Assembly: GCA_037379345.1 (NCBI GenBank)
Contig: CM074515.1
Coordinates: 10,602,001 to 10,666,000, forward strand
From: Perna viridis
Taxonomy: Eukaryota
DNA: 64,000 nucleotides
Direction: 5' to 3'
The notes beneath the pieces are model-generated. The model was not told where the DNA came from. It saw nothing but the letters and a program-made list of their open reading frames with translations, and made no database searches. Of this stretch, positions 1-10,590 are shown piece by piece. Position 1 is the first letter of the stretch, and every line of letters starts with the position of its first letter. Both the position numbers and the translations under genes were made by a program.

Positions 1-653
1 CATTTTTCAACATCACAAACGTCAACATTGACGTTAATACAATCTAACATTTTATCAATTGCTTCATAATCAGTTTGTACACAAGAAAATAGCCTTTTAT
101 AAAAACTATAAATAACATCTAAAATTTCAGCAGTTTCACTGACAACATTACCATCACAATTTTTTAAACCATTTATCATATTTCTATTCTGTCTATGTTT
201 CTCTAAATTCAAAAAATAGGCTGTATTTTTATCACTTTCTAATGAATATTGACATTTGGATCTTATAACAGCACCATTACAGCTATGTTTTTCTAAACCT
301 TCAAGTTCCTCTTTCAACTCTAAATATTTGACATGATCTATATCATTACCACAAGCAGCCTTTATTGACAATTCTTGTAACTTATTCTGTATTCTATAAT
401 AATCTCTATATAACTCTCTCTGTTTTTCTTTACCATAGAGTTGACTTGTTTTCTTGATTTTATATTTCAAATTATCCCACCAAATTAATGGATGTGAAAA
501 ATAAAAATCTGAACCAATTTCATCAAGTAAGATATTTCTAATTTTTTCAACAAAAAAATCATCACTCAATAAGGACTTGTTAAAAATCCAAACACCAGGT
601 CCTTTTTCAACTTCAGAAAAATCTAATTTCATACTAACAATAGAATGATCACT
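1..653 (-). mobile_element. Tx1/L1-clade non-LTR retrotransposon, 5'-truncated ORF2 (end of APE endonuclease plus linker), running off the window
   Basis: Manual translation of 653->3 is open with no stop: SDHSIVSMKLDFSEVEKGPGVWIFNKSLL...WWDNLKYKIK...GAVIRSKCQYSLESDKNTAYFLNLEK...FYKRLFS. SDH, GPGxWxFN, WDxxK and GAxIRSx...ExxTxYFxxLEK are typical of L1/Tx1 ORF2. It joins directly to tRNA-array spacer at about 653. Confidence 0.92.
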
Positions 654-892
654 GCAATTTGTCGATTATAATACTTTTCTATTTCACCCTTATCGCCCGT
701 CCACTGGATTCATTCTAAGGTGTGTTAAGAAAATAATCAACTTTGGATTTTGTTCATGGTCGGACTCTGTAAAATCTTGAACTTACCAAGATGTTACGAA
801 TTAAGAAGCGCACGATCGACAACTTAGAAGTCAACGCTATATAAACGGACGAACTATGGAAAAGAAATGTGCAGCGCTCATCTCATGCCGTC

Positions 893-897
893 AAAAA
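893..897 (-). terminator. RNA Pol III T5 terminator of tRNA-Ile (equivalent at 1350-1354)
   Basis: TTATTTTT immediately 3' of the tRNA on the minus strand. Confidence 0.75.
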
Positions 898-900
898 TAA

Positions 901-974
901 TGGCCAGTGTGGGGATCGAACCCACGACATTCGCGTTATTAGCACGACGCTCTAACCAACTGAGCTAACCGGCC
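901..974 (-). tRNA. trnI-AAU: tRNA-Ile(AAT), intact, 74 nt
   Basis: Reverse complement GGCCGGTTAGCTCAGTTGGTTAGAGCGTCGTGCTAATAACGCGAATGTCGTGGGTTCGATCCCCACACTGGCCA folds as a cloverleaf: acceptor GGCCGGT/ACTGGCC, D stem GCTC/GAGC, anticodon stem TCGTG/CGCGA with loop CT-AAT-AA, T arm GTGGG-TTCGATC-CCCAC. A and B boxes are canonical. Confidence 0.97.
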
Positions 975-1357
975 CTTGACTTAAAGTAATGAAAATATTG
1001 GTTCTTATTACTCGGGTGTCTTTTATCCGTTAGTAACGTCAAAAAATTGCACAGCCGAATAGCTACTCACTTATTCTACAACAGTTTCTTTGAATTATAT
1101 CAGAGCTTATGCAATTTGTCGATTATAATACTTTTCTATTTCACCCTTATCGCCCGTCCACTGGATTCATTCTAAGGTGTGTTAAGAAAATAATCAACTT
1201 TGGATTTTGTTCATGGTCGGACTCTGTAAAATCTTGAACTTACCAAGATGTTACGAATTAAGAAGCGCACGATCGACAACTTAGAAGTCAACGCTATATA
1301 AACGGACGAACTATGGAAAAGAAATGTGCAGCGCTCATCTCATGCCGTCAAAAATAA

Positions 1358-1410
1358 TGGCCAGTGTGGGGATCGAACCCACGACATTCGCGTTATTAGC
1401 ACGACGCTCT
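1358..1410 (-). pseudogene. 3' part (nt 22-74) of a tRNA-Ile(AAT) gene split by the Tx1 insertion
   Basis: Identical to 901-953, then breaks into the retrotransposon 3' end at 1411. Confidence 0.93.
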
Positions 1411-2869
1411 TTTGTTATCTTGATAAAATTTTATTCACAGTAAAACATCGTATAAAAGAATTATTGGGCTAGTCTCCCAATAATTCACATATCACAGATC
1501 ACAAATTTTCCTTAAATTACATTGACAGTATATATTTGAATAAGTATATTTAAAAGTCTATCACAACATTATCATCAGAGATGCGCAGAACAGGATTGTC
1601 ATTCAAGTAATATTTCTGAAACAAAGAAAAGTTCTTTTTCTGTATATAATACATGTAAGCATAATTAACATGCTTTTGAAGAACAGATTTAAAATAAGAA
1701 ATAATGTGCAAAACTTTCTCATCTTTCATGACTAAATTTCTTCTCTTTACAACACAAAACCTTCTAACAGATAAAGCAGTATTAACAAAATAAAAGTTAA
1801 CTTTTTTATCTTTCTTGAGTAGATCGAAATAACATAGAAAATTAAAGTCTAACATATTGATAAAGCTAGCTGAACTATTACACAATATATTATGTAAAAA
1901 GTCTTTAAAAAAGTCATTGAATCGAGTCAAACATCTACACGAAATTATAAGATGTTCTAAGTCCTCATGCATATCATCACAAACTGGACACAATGAATCA
2001 TCAGTAATGCGACATCTCAATAACCTCAATAGCTACTCACTTATTCTACAACAGTTTCTTTGAATTATATCAGAGCTTATGCAATTTGTCGATTATAATA
2101 CTTTTTCTTTAGAAACTGGACACAATGAATCATCAGTAATGCGACATCTCAATAACCTCTCCTTGGTAAATAAAACTCTATGAAATATTTTAAATGATAA
2201 CTCAATCCAATCACTTGGTAAAAATGGCAAGTTCAAAATTGTTTGGGCTTTTTGAGTATTAAATCAGAAAACATCTCACACCAATATTTGACAGCATTCG
2301 GTTCTTTTGATAATGATTTCAACAACATAGAATAAAAAAACTTTGTTGTACTAGGAAAAGAGTATTTTCTATTACTAACATTACATTCTATATTCAAACT
2401 GAGATTTCTACGAACATTTTCATTATTTTCTACTAAAATTTTACATTCATCAGGAATACATTGTTTTATACATTGTACTACCTTAATACTCTTAGCAGCA
2501 GATACCTGTGGAAACTTTTCAGAAACAATATCTTGAACAAACTCATCTCTCATAAATCCCTTTTTACATTCAAATGCTAAATCTTTCACTTTAATAATGC
2601 CTGCATCTATAAAAGTCTTGATATACAGCATATTACCATTATTAGTAATCAAAGGATTATTGAACAAAGGCAGGTCAAATACATTATTCAAATTGATATC
2701 AATTTCAATATAATCACGTATCTTTCCCCAAGCAAACAGCATACATTTATAAAAATCAGGTAAACTCTCCAACTGTCTCTGCTTAAATTCACAGAACAAA
2801 ATCTCAATACCAAGTTTCATTTCTTGTACTTTGGAAAAGAAATAAGTACAAAGATGCTTCCAAATCCAC
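1411..2869 (-). mobile_element. 5'-truncated Tx1/L1-clade retrotransposon inserted in tRNA-Ile with a 14-bp TSD
   Basis: TAGCACGACGCTCT occurs at 1397-1410 and 2870-2883. ORF2 C-terminal pieces: 2233-2820 (LPDFYKCMLFAW...PLFNNPLI), 2113-2212 (ELSFKIFHRVLFTKERL) and 1550-2027 (CPVCDDMHEDLEHLIISC, a CCHC zinc knuckle). Stop at 1550, 3' UTR of about 140 nt, AATAAA at 1435-1430, short A-rich end. Confidence 0.93.
1550..2869 (-). pseudogene. Disrupted ORF2 C-terminal region (post-RT region and zinc knuckle) of the Tx1-like element
   Basis: Track ORFs 2233..2820 and 1550..2029. Frameshift near 2230-2260 and interruption at 2028-2112. Confidence 0.85.
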
Positions 2870-2904
2870 TAGCACGACGCTCTAACCAACTGAGCTAACC
2901 GGCC
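2870..2904 (-). pseudogene. 5' part (nt 1-35, including A box) of the split tRNA-Ile(AAT)
   Basis: TAGCACGACGCTCTAACCAACTGAGCTAACCGGCC is identical to 940-974 and is followed by the array's upstream flank. Confidence 0.93.
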
Positions 2905-5811
2905 CTTGACTTAAAGTGATGAAAATATTGGTTTTTGTTTAAATTTTTCATATTCAGCATGCGGTCGATAAAGATTCTGAATCAATGTTCAACTTGTATG
3001 TGCGTCCTAACAATATTAATAACTTTTCCTGAAAAGTAAAACGTAGCATCTCATAAGGCGATGCGGCTTTGACTTACAATGAACCGTTGGTATTTGTCTC
3101 GGACTATTTTGCATTTAAATGGACTACTTTCTAGTATGTTCAGGGACTTTCCCTTTTTAATGTACTCAGTATATGATAATATATCCTTTAACTACTTTTT
3201 CACAAAAATTGAAGAGGTTGAATTATTCGAGTTAAAGTAATGATCATTTGGCGAATGTTATGGTGTCTATTTCTTGTCTCTTTCTCAATTAGTATACCGA
3301 ACAATTAATTCTGTAAAAAAGGGGGAAAAACAAACATTATCTTTACCAGAATGGTAAAGATTTTTAATATTGACGTGCCTTGGAATGATCAGTAAGTATT
3401 CTGGTATTGAAAATGTATTCTTGCAAGAATAAAAAACAAGTATTTTTAAATTCAATATTAACTCCAGAAAACCGTTAATTGTAAAGATTTTTATTCAGAT
3501 GATGGTGGTATTGATAGGTCAATTAAAGTCTGTTTGATGTGCATTGAACATATTCATTGGAGACGTGAACTGTATTTGTTCGTTTATTTTCGGTTCGATA
3601 TTACAACAATGTATCAGATCCAAATCTTTTTTGATTTTGCTTCATTTTCAGCATGTAGGTTCCAAGTTCCCATTACAATTAATAAACTATAATTAACTAT
3701 TCTTGAATGGTTAGACCACTGATTTTTATATTAGACAACTGGGTTAGACACTTTCGAGATATTCACTATTTGAAACGAATTCGCTATGATGTGTAATTTG
3801 ACATAGCTATCTACTCGGCAAAAGTTACTTGGATAATGATTTATGCATCGAACTAAATTGACGTGATAATTTAGTATCAGAAAATTACTGAGCTCATTTG
3901 CGTAAGTTTTTTTTTTATAGTATGGCATTTTTTTCTAATTGGTCATTTTAATTACTTTAATATTCTTGAAGCTTTGAAACAAACAGATGCTAAGCTTATG
4001 AAATTGTTTTCCAGATTCCTTCTACATGTTATTAGAGATCGAGGAAATACTGCTCTAGTTCATCTATGGACATAGCATCATCAAGTACATGTAGAATTTT
4101 TGTAGAATAAGGGACATGAACTGGTTGTAGTATTCAAGTGTGCAAAATCTTGTGCAAATACAACGTACTCAACAGGGTCCAGTTAGAGTCCCGGATGTAC
4201 ATGACAGGGATACATATGTGGTGAAGCGGATGAGTGATTAGATTCAGCTAAACTTTTTTCGGGGGTGGTTTGAATGATCACCGAAGTCCTGATTTTACAA
4301 TTAAGTGATTGATAAGCCTGCAATGTGTGTAACGGAATAAATAATCCTAGGTGACTCCCATCCAGTGGGCGAAAAATTCCATCGCGTCTTCTTTGCCTTC
4401 CTGCCAATACTTGAGGTGTTCTGGATTACACTCTCAGCGTTAGATACACCATACCTGTTCACCAGGAATGGATACAGTGGCCGAATAGAACATCAAGAGA
4501 TGAATAGATAGCAATGATAACCGACACAGGTTTGAGCTAAGTATCATCGCTTAATAACATTTGCATTTTCATTAAAGGCATACAAAATGCAGAAACTTTC
4601 ATGGCGGTTGAATCATCACACAGTCCACTTTTGTAGGTAGTAGAGTTATCGTTCTTTCTACTGTAATTCAAGTATATATTAATGTCGTACATATGTACTC
4701 AATTGAGAACATTTTTGTCAGTTTTCAGTTTAAAAAATGGAAAATCCATTCTGAAAACATAGATCTTTGGTTGTTTTGTACGAAAGCCCAAGGAGCTTAT
4801 TTTCGTAAACTAAAACTAAAACTGAAAATAAATATAATCAATGAAACGTTTGTCTTGTTTGTAGATGTAAAAGAAGAAACGTATAATTAGTCCGCCCTGT
4901 ATTTTTCCAATGCAACTTTCTATTTTATTATTTTTTTTTTTCGTTTTTTTTTTGTTTAAGGTCAAATGGGGAGATTTAAAACTGCTTTCTTCTTAATATT
5001 AAGTAGTACTTATGTTTTGTTTGGTCAAACGAAGTCATTTTTGAAACTTTTTATATCAAGAATGAACATGGGACGAAAAAAAATCAAACGAAACAAAGCA
5101 AAAACAAAAAAACAAATCCAAACAAAAAAACAGAATGTAGGAGTAAAAAGTCATGACCCTAAAATGCAAACGACAACAGAAAAGTATTTCATGACAGGAA
5201 TGTTTCAAGATCAGATAGCTAAACCAACCTAATCGTCAACGTTTGTAGGATCGCAGGAGCTATGAAAACAAAATTGTGTCAAATTTTGTGACGTTATAAC
5301 TTATTTTTGGTTTTTTTTTTATAGTTCTGTTTTTGTTTTTCATTCTTTACGTTTTTGTGTGTACTTTTTTACACTCATATTTTAGGAGTTTTTACCATAA
5401 AGTTTCTTAAAAATCGATTAGGTCAGTTACAATGTTTAATTTACATCCCCTTAAAAATTACATTTTTCAAATGGTCAAACAACCAAAATGTGTACTGGAT
5501 TCTGGGTGGGGTGGGGGAGGGGGAAACCATGATGAATTTAATTGCGTTTTCACAAATTTTCCTCTTCTGTGTCCGCCTTTGGGTACAACTTTTATAGATA
5601 CAATGTATATTTTATTGTTGGTGCTTATGATTTTCTTTACCAGGCAACATGTACATGTACATGTACAACCATATAAAGTACAGTGTAGTTTGTCTTATAT
5701 AAGTTTGACGGATCGAAATTATAATTTTTTTCTAGTTTGTATAGTTAATCATAGATCAATAGAAGTCTGTGTAATAGTCTAACAAGTAGTATTTGACGTG
5801 AATTTATTACA

Positions 5812-6005
5812 ATATTTTAGCATCCTATTAAAGAAAACATTGTTTTTATAGAGATAAGAACTGTACAAGTATTTATTTATTTATTTACTTATTTATTGTA
5901 TTTGATATTTTATTTTAGCATCCTATTAAAAAACATTGTTTTTATAGAGATAAGAACTGTACACGTATTTATTTATTTATTTATTGTATTTGATATTTTA
6001 TATTT
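5812..6005. repeat. Tandem duplication, about 97-bp unit x2, containing (ATTT)n
   Basis: TATTTTAGCATCCTATTAAA...GAGATAAGAACTGTACA...TTGATATTTT is present twice. Confidence 0.85.
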
Positions 6006-6522
6006 TGAACAGCGTTATCTATTAGTCAGGCTGATTTAAACTAACCCTATCTGTGGTATTCACGGAAAATATATTGTATGCTGATCAGGAGAATTAATTG
6101 GTATAGTGGATCAAAGCAAGGATCAAAGAATTTTTACCAGTGACCAATGATTCATAGCAACAAATGTCAATTTAGAATTATTAATGAAATTCGAGAATAA
6201 TTGTCGTGGCGTGACATCTATCAAACTTGTAGGAAATTCAAATAATTGGTGACAACTGCTTATTTTATTGTCTCATTAATACACTTTCATCTTCATTGCA
6301 GACTAACAATATATGCTTTAGGGATAAAGTTATCAATATCCAATAGTATAAATTCCTTGGAAGAATATTTCAGAGAAAAGCTAAGCTCCCCGTGTGAGAC
6401 TTGTAAGGGTAAAAACCATCACCGTGAAACTTGCAAGGGTAGTCAATGACAATAAACACAACCCATGTGAAACTAACCTGGAAGCCCGGGTAATGTTTTC
6501 GTTCAAAGGTTTCTCTCAAATA

Positions 6523-6790
6523 TAACCCCGGGTCACCAGTGACGTCTTTTCTCTTTTTATTGTCTGAGCGAATTTGAGTTGAATCCTATTTACTTTTATA
6601 CGTTCTAATATTCAAATTAAAAAAAAAAATACGCTTAAATTTTTTTTTCAAATTACCTATATCATCTTCCGATATAAGTGCACAATTATAAAGTTAATTC
6701 AAATAATCGAATCTTTGTTTTTATTTTATTCTATAAGCGGCATTATACTCATATATATTATTCAAATCCGTCGCTGGTGACCTGAGTCTA
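6523..6790. mobile_element. Possible MITE with imperfect 22-bp TIRs
   Basis: TAACCCCGGGTCACCAGTGACG versus the reverse complement of the right end, TAGACTCAGGTCACCAGCGACG (17/22). No clear TSD. Confidence 0.4.
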
Positions 6791-7314
6791 GATGTAAAAC
6801 CACTATTAAAAGTCCCATTACTTTCTATGTTGAATTAAGCAATTTTCAAGGTTCCAATCTTTTTTAAAGTTTGTTAAAATGAACTTTAACAGGTTTTATC
6901 ATAGAGGGGACCCTTTAAAGACTCTTTTATAAAATTTGCAGCATACCTTTAATGGCTTCTAAGAAAGAACGGTGAAGTGAAAGTAGACAGGTACTAAAAA
7001 TACTACTTTCCTTTTGGAAATTTGACAAATAAATGGGCTCAAGATCTAAACTCTAACAAATTATTCTCTACATCAGAGTTCAAAACTGTTGTATTCAGTG
7101 TGTACCTGAAATGATAAGCTTTCAAATGATACCCAGTTTTCATATAATGGCTAAATCACAAAAATATACAATGCATCCTAGGAACTACTTTGTTTTTTAC
7201 GGACTACTATCTGGTATGTGCAGGCGACTGGTTCCCCATAATAGTGGTGTTATACCTCTATATTTGTAGCGATCCTAGGGTCGCTTATGATATTGACCAG
7301 AGAACCAGATTACT

Positions 7315-7432
7315 GTGAAACTTCCAATGGTAGTCAACGACATTAAAACCACCCCAGTGAAACTTCCAATGGTACTCAACGACGTTAAAGCCACCCCAGT
7401 GAAACTTGCAATGGTTGTCAAAGACGTTGAAA
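7315..7432. repeat. 42-bp minisatellite, about 2.8 units; related degenerate units at 6392-6475
   Basis: GTGAAACTT(C/G)CAATGGT starts at 7315, 7357 and 7399. Confidence 0.8.
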
Positions 7433-7604
7433 CACTAGTCTGAGACTTCAAAGATAAGTCAAGGACATTGAAGAATATCCTCAGTGCAGGCAAATGTATG
7501 GATTTGTGCGTCATCAAAAACAATCGGCACGTGACCAGATAGTATATGGTATAAAAAAATTAAAAACTTACCTGAGGACTGCGAGTTTCGACTTTTGTGA
7601 TTTT

Positions 7605-8146
7605 TAAGCTTACCAGGCTATCTCCTAGCGTCGTCGTCGTCCTCGTCGTAATCTGTGAACTTTTCTATAAACATTTTCTTTTCTGAGACTAATCGACAGA
7701 TTTTAATTAAAGTTCACATGAATGTTTTTAAAGGTATCCTGCACAAACTTTGCGTTTGGATTTTTGATCCGTTGCCGCCATGTCTATTTATAGAACATAG
7801 GTAAAGCCACTTATATCAAAATATAACTAAAAAAATATGATGGGAAGAAAAAAAATGAAGATGACCTCTCTTCTTCGGCTTAAAGAGTTCTACTAAAGTC
7901 TCCATCGAAGTTGTGGGACGACTCCTGATAGTGTTATTGCCCTTGGAAGGCGAAAAATGGCATTTTCTGCAGTTTTTAGCCAATATCTTGGTAGAAAAAA
8001 CTTTCAGTTGATGAAATGAACCTTATAAAAAGGCCTACGAAAGTCTCGATTAGCTCAAAATTGTTGGATGACTCCTTGTTAGAGTATTACCATTGTTAGA
8101 CGAAAAATGAACCAGATGAGCAATCTATGATCCTAGGAGTCTCTAG
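7605..8146 (+). mobile_element. Degenerate non-autonomous Helentron/HINE-type element
   Basis: (GTC)n-like tract near the 5' end, TTATTGCCCTTG(G/A)AAGGCGAAAAA internal motif, and 3' ACCAGATGAGCAAT with a degenerate hairpin ending in a T run. Homologous to 18561-19470. Confidence 0.7.
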
Positions 8147-8571
8147 TTTTATTTCACCATTACAACCCATAGGTTCTTTGTTATTTGGAATAATATCATA
8201 GGCATGATATAAACCTTTTGTTAACGGTCATGCCACTAACTACAGGTGTATATATCCGTCATGCCGTGACGGAATAACATATGGATCAAAGTGTACGTAC
8301 TTTGTAGGGAAAGACTCTAAATCACTATCGAAATTCTAATCAATACTGCTTCCAAAATTTTATTTCTTCGCACTCGATGACATATTAATTTTGTTTTTTG
8401 AGATAAGCCGGCATGTTTTTCGAGCAAGATCCCCACTTGCCACTTTAAATATTGTGCCCCGCACTTACATTGCCCTCGATTATGTGATTATCCCCATCTT
8501 ATGATTTTCTTTTAGCCTATTTGAAGTTTCAAACATACATATCCGATAACAATAACATCTCAATTACATAA

Positions 8572-9404
8572 AGGGCAGCTGGACAATTTATCTTAGTAAA
8601 TAGTTTTTTCTTCTTATATTAAGCAAATAAAAAATTTCGATCAATGATCGGGTTGGAATATCCTTATCCTTGTTTCTGACACCAGCGTAGCAATTCTGCT
8701 CTAAAATCAGTAGGTAAGATATTCGATAAAAATTATAAAGTTGAAATGAAACATTATCTTCATCTCTGTGATCTTGTCTATAACTGAGAGCCATTTCTCT
8801 ATAGTAATGTTATGAATGTTCTAATAAATCGCTCCATTTGTTTTTCCCAGACAAATTTGATGTGTAAGTTGAATTATTTGTCCTTCCGGTAAACCCAAAA
8901 GTTATTATTGTTTATCTAACTTTCTACTCTTTTTCCGTTAATGTTATTAGTAAAAATCGTAGTACTATAAGATAAGAATACCGAAAGTCGCATTATTTTC
9001 CCATTTTTCCATTAGCCAAACTATTAACTCAAATCGACCGAAAACTTCTCTCTAACCAACCTTAAGATCTAATAGTTTTGAAGATGAGATTTCGATCTGA
9101 AAGGGTCTTTTTTTTCAAAATTGTCTTTTCTAAAACAGATTTCTGAGAAATTAGATGATATCATCTGTAAAAATGTTATTTCTTATATATGTTCCACTAG
9201 AATTTATTCGGAAAAAAACAAATCACAAAACCTACCAGAAATGCTTATAAACAATCATTCAATGAACCAATACAAAACAAAAAAAAAACTGTTTTCTCTA
9301 TGATTTTATTTGGAAAAAAAGAATTGTTCCAAATAATAATTCTGTAACAGATAAATTTATGTCAGTCTATTTAGGCATTTGAACAAGCAAATTGAAGTTG
9401 CCCT
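8572..9404. mobile_element. Possible non-autonomous Kolobok-like element
   Basis: Ends ATAA|AGGGCAGCT ... AGTTGCCCT|TTAA give a short TIR with TTAA-like flanks. Short enough to be chance. Confidence 0.3.
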
Positions 9405-10399
9405 TTAAGAAAACATTTTTTTTAATCCTAATATTGTGGAGATTATGAAACTAATAAATTTATTTCTAAATATTGCTATTAAAATTTGTTCTCGTGGTAA
9501 AAAAAGTGGGAATATAAGTTTTCTGGACAAGTTTTAGGTACTTTATAAACTAACGACCATGCAAAAATAAGGTTTTCTACATTATCAAGTATGTTTAAAA
9601 TCAAATACACATAATATCAACAAGTTACTGTTGGAAACAATGATTCTATATTTTCCCAGTATCCTAGCAACGCATGCAGATTTTCAAAAAAATAAATGAT
9701 TGATTTGGTTCCTGCTAAATATCAATAAAAAAAAATGCGCTTGCACGAAAAAGAAATTTCTTATCCGACATCAACCCCCATCCCCCAAACTTCAGGATGA
9801 AAATGGTCGATGCCTTACAATAATATGGTGAAAATGGTAATACACTAGCTCTTTAACTTTTGATGTATAAAAATGTTCACAGCGTAATACAACTATGAAA
9901 ACATGACGTAATGACATAACTTTTTTCAAATCTCTTTTGGTAGTATTAAAATTATTCAGGCACTACAAGGAAAACAGTTTTCATTTGGCCATACATACTC
10001 CTAAACTCTGACTTGAGCGCAATATAACTCTTTTTGTGAGAAAAAGTGTAGAAGCAGTTGACAAATTTGCAAAATGATAACATTATAAATGTCCTTAACA
10101 CAAGTTAACGTATGGAAAACTTAATCTCCTACATTACAAGATAAACTTCAACATGTCTTATTGAAGAAAATTGATTAGAAGGCGTTGTGTAACATCACCA
10201 AGTTTTATGTCTTTTAATTCCAGAAATCTACTCTGAAACAAATGAGATTTCTAAATTAAATCCAAAATAATTCTAACCTATGATATGGATCACTAAGCTC
10301 TCTCGGAAAATCCGACATTGACAGATCGGTACTGATGAAGTTTCTACTTAGAGAACTAATACTGAATACTTATAAAATGTAGTGAAGTATTACAAAAGC

Positions 10400-10590
10400 T
10401 AGCCACAGTCGTCATGTGGTTCCGTTTCTCTTATATAGTATAGCCATATTCGTCATGTGGCTCCGGTCCTCTTTTGGTCGTCATGAGATTCTGTATCTCC
10501 TATATAGTTTAGCCATAGTCGTCATGTGGTTCCATTTATATTTCAAAGTTTAGCTATGGTTGTCATGTGGTTTAGTATCTGATATATTGT
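10400..10590. repeat. About 41-bp minisatellite, about 5 degenerate units
   Basis: Recurring TAGCCATAGTCGTCATGTGGTTCC core. Confidence 0.8.

Larger units (their letters stand above)
653..1410 (-). repeat. Tandem tRNA-Ile array, 457-bp unit; final unit continues at 2870-2933 after the insertion
   Basis: 654-953 and 1111-1410 are identical by eye (offset 457). The flank CTTGACTTAAAGT(A/G)ATGAAAATATTGGTT occurs at 975-1003 and 2905-2933, after which similarity stops. Confidence 0.93.
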
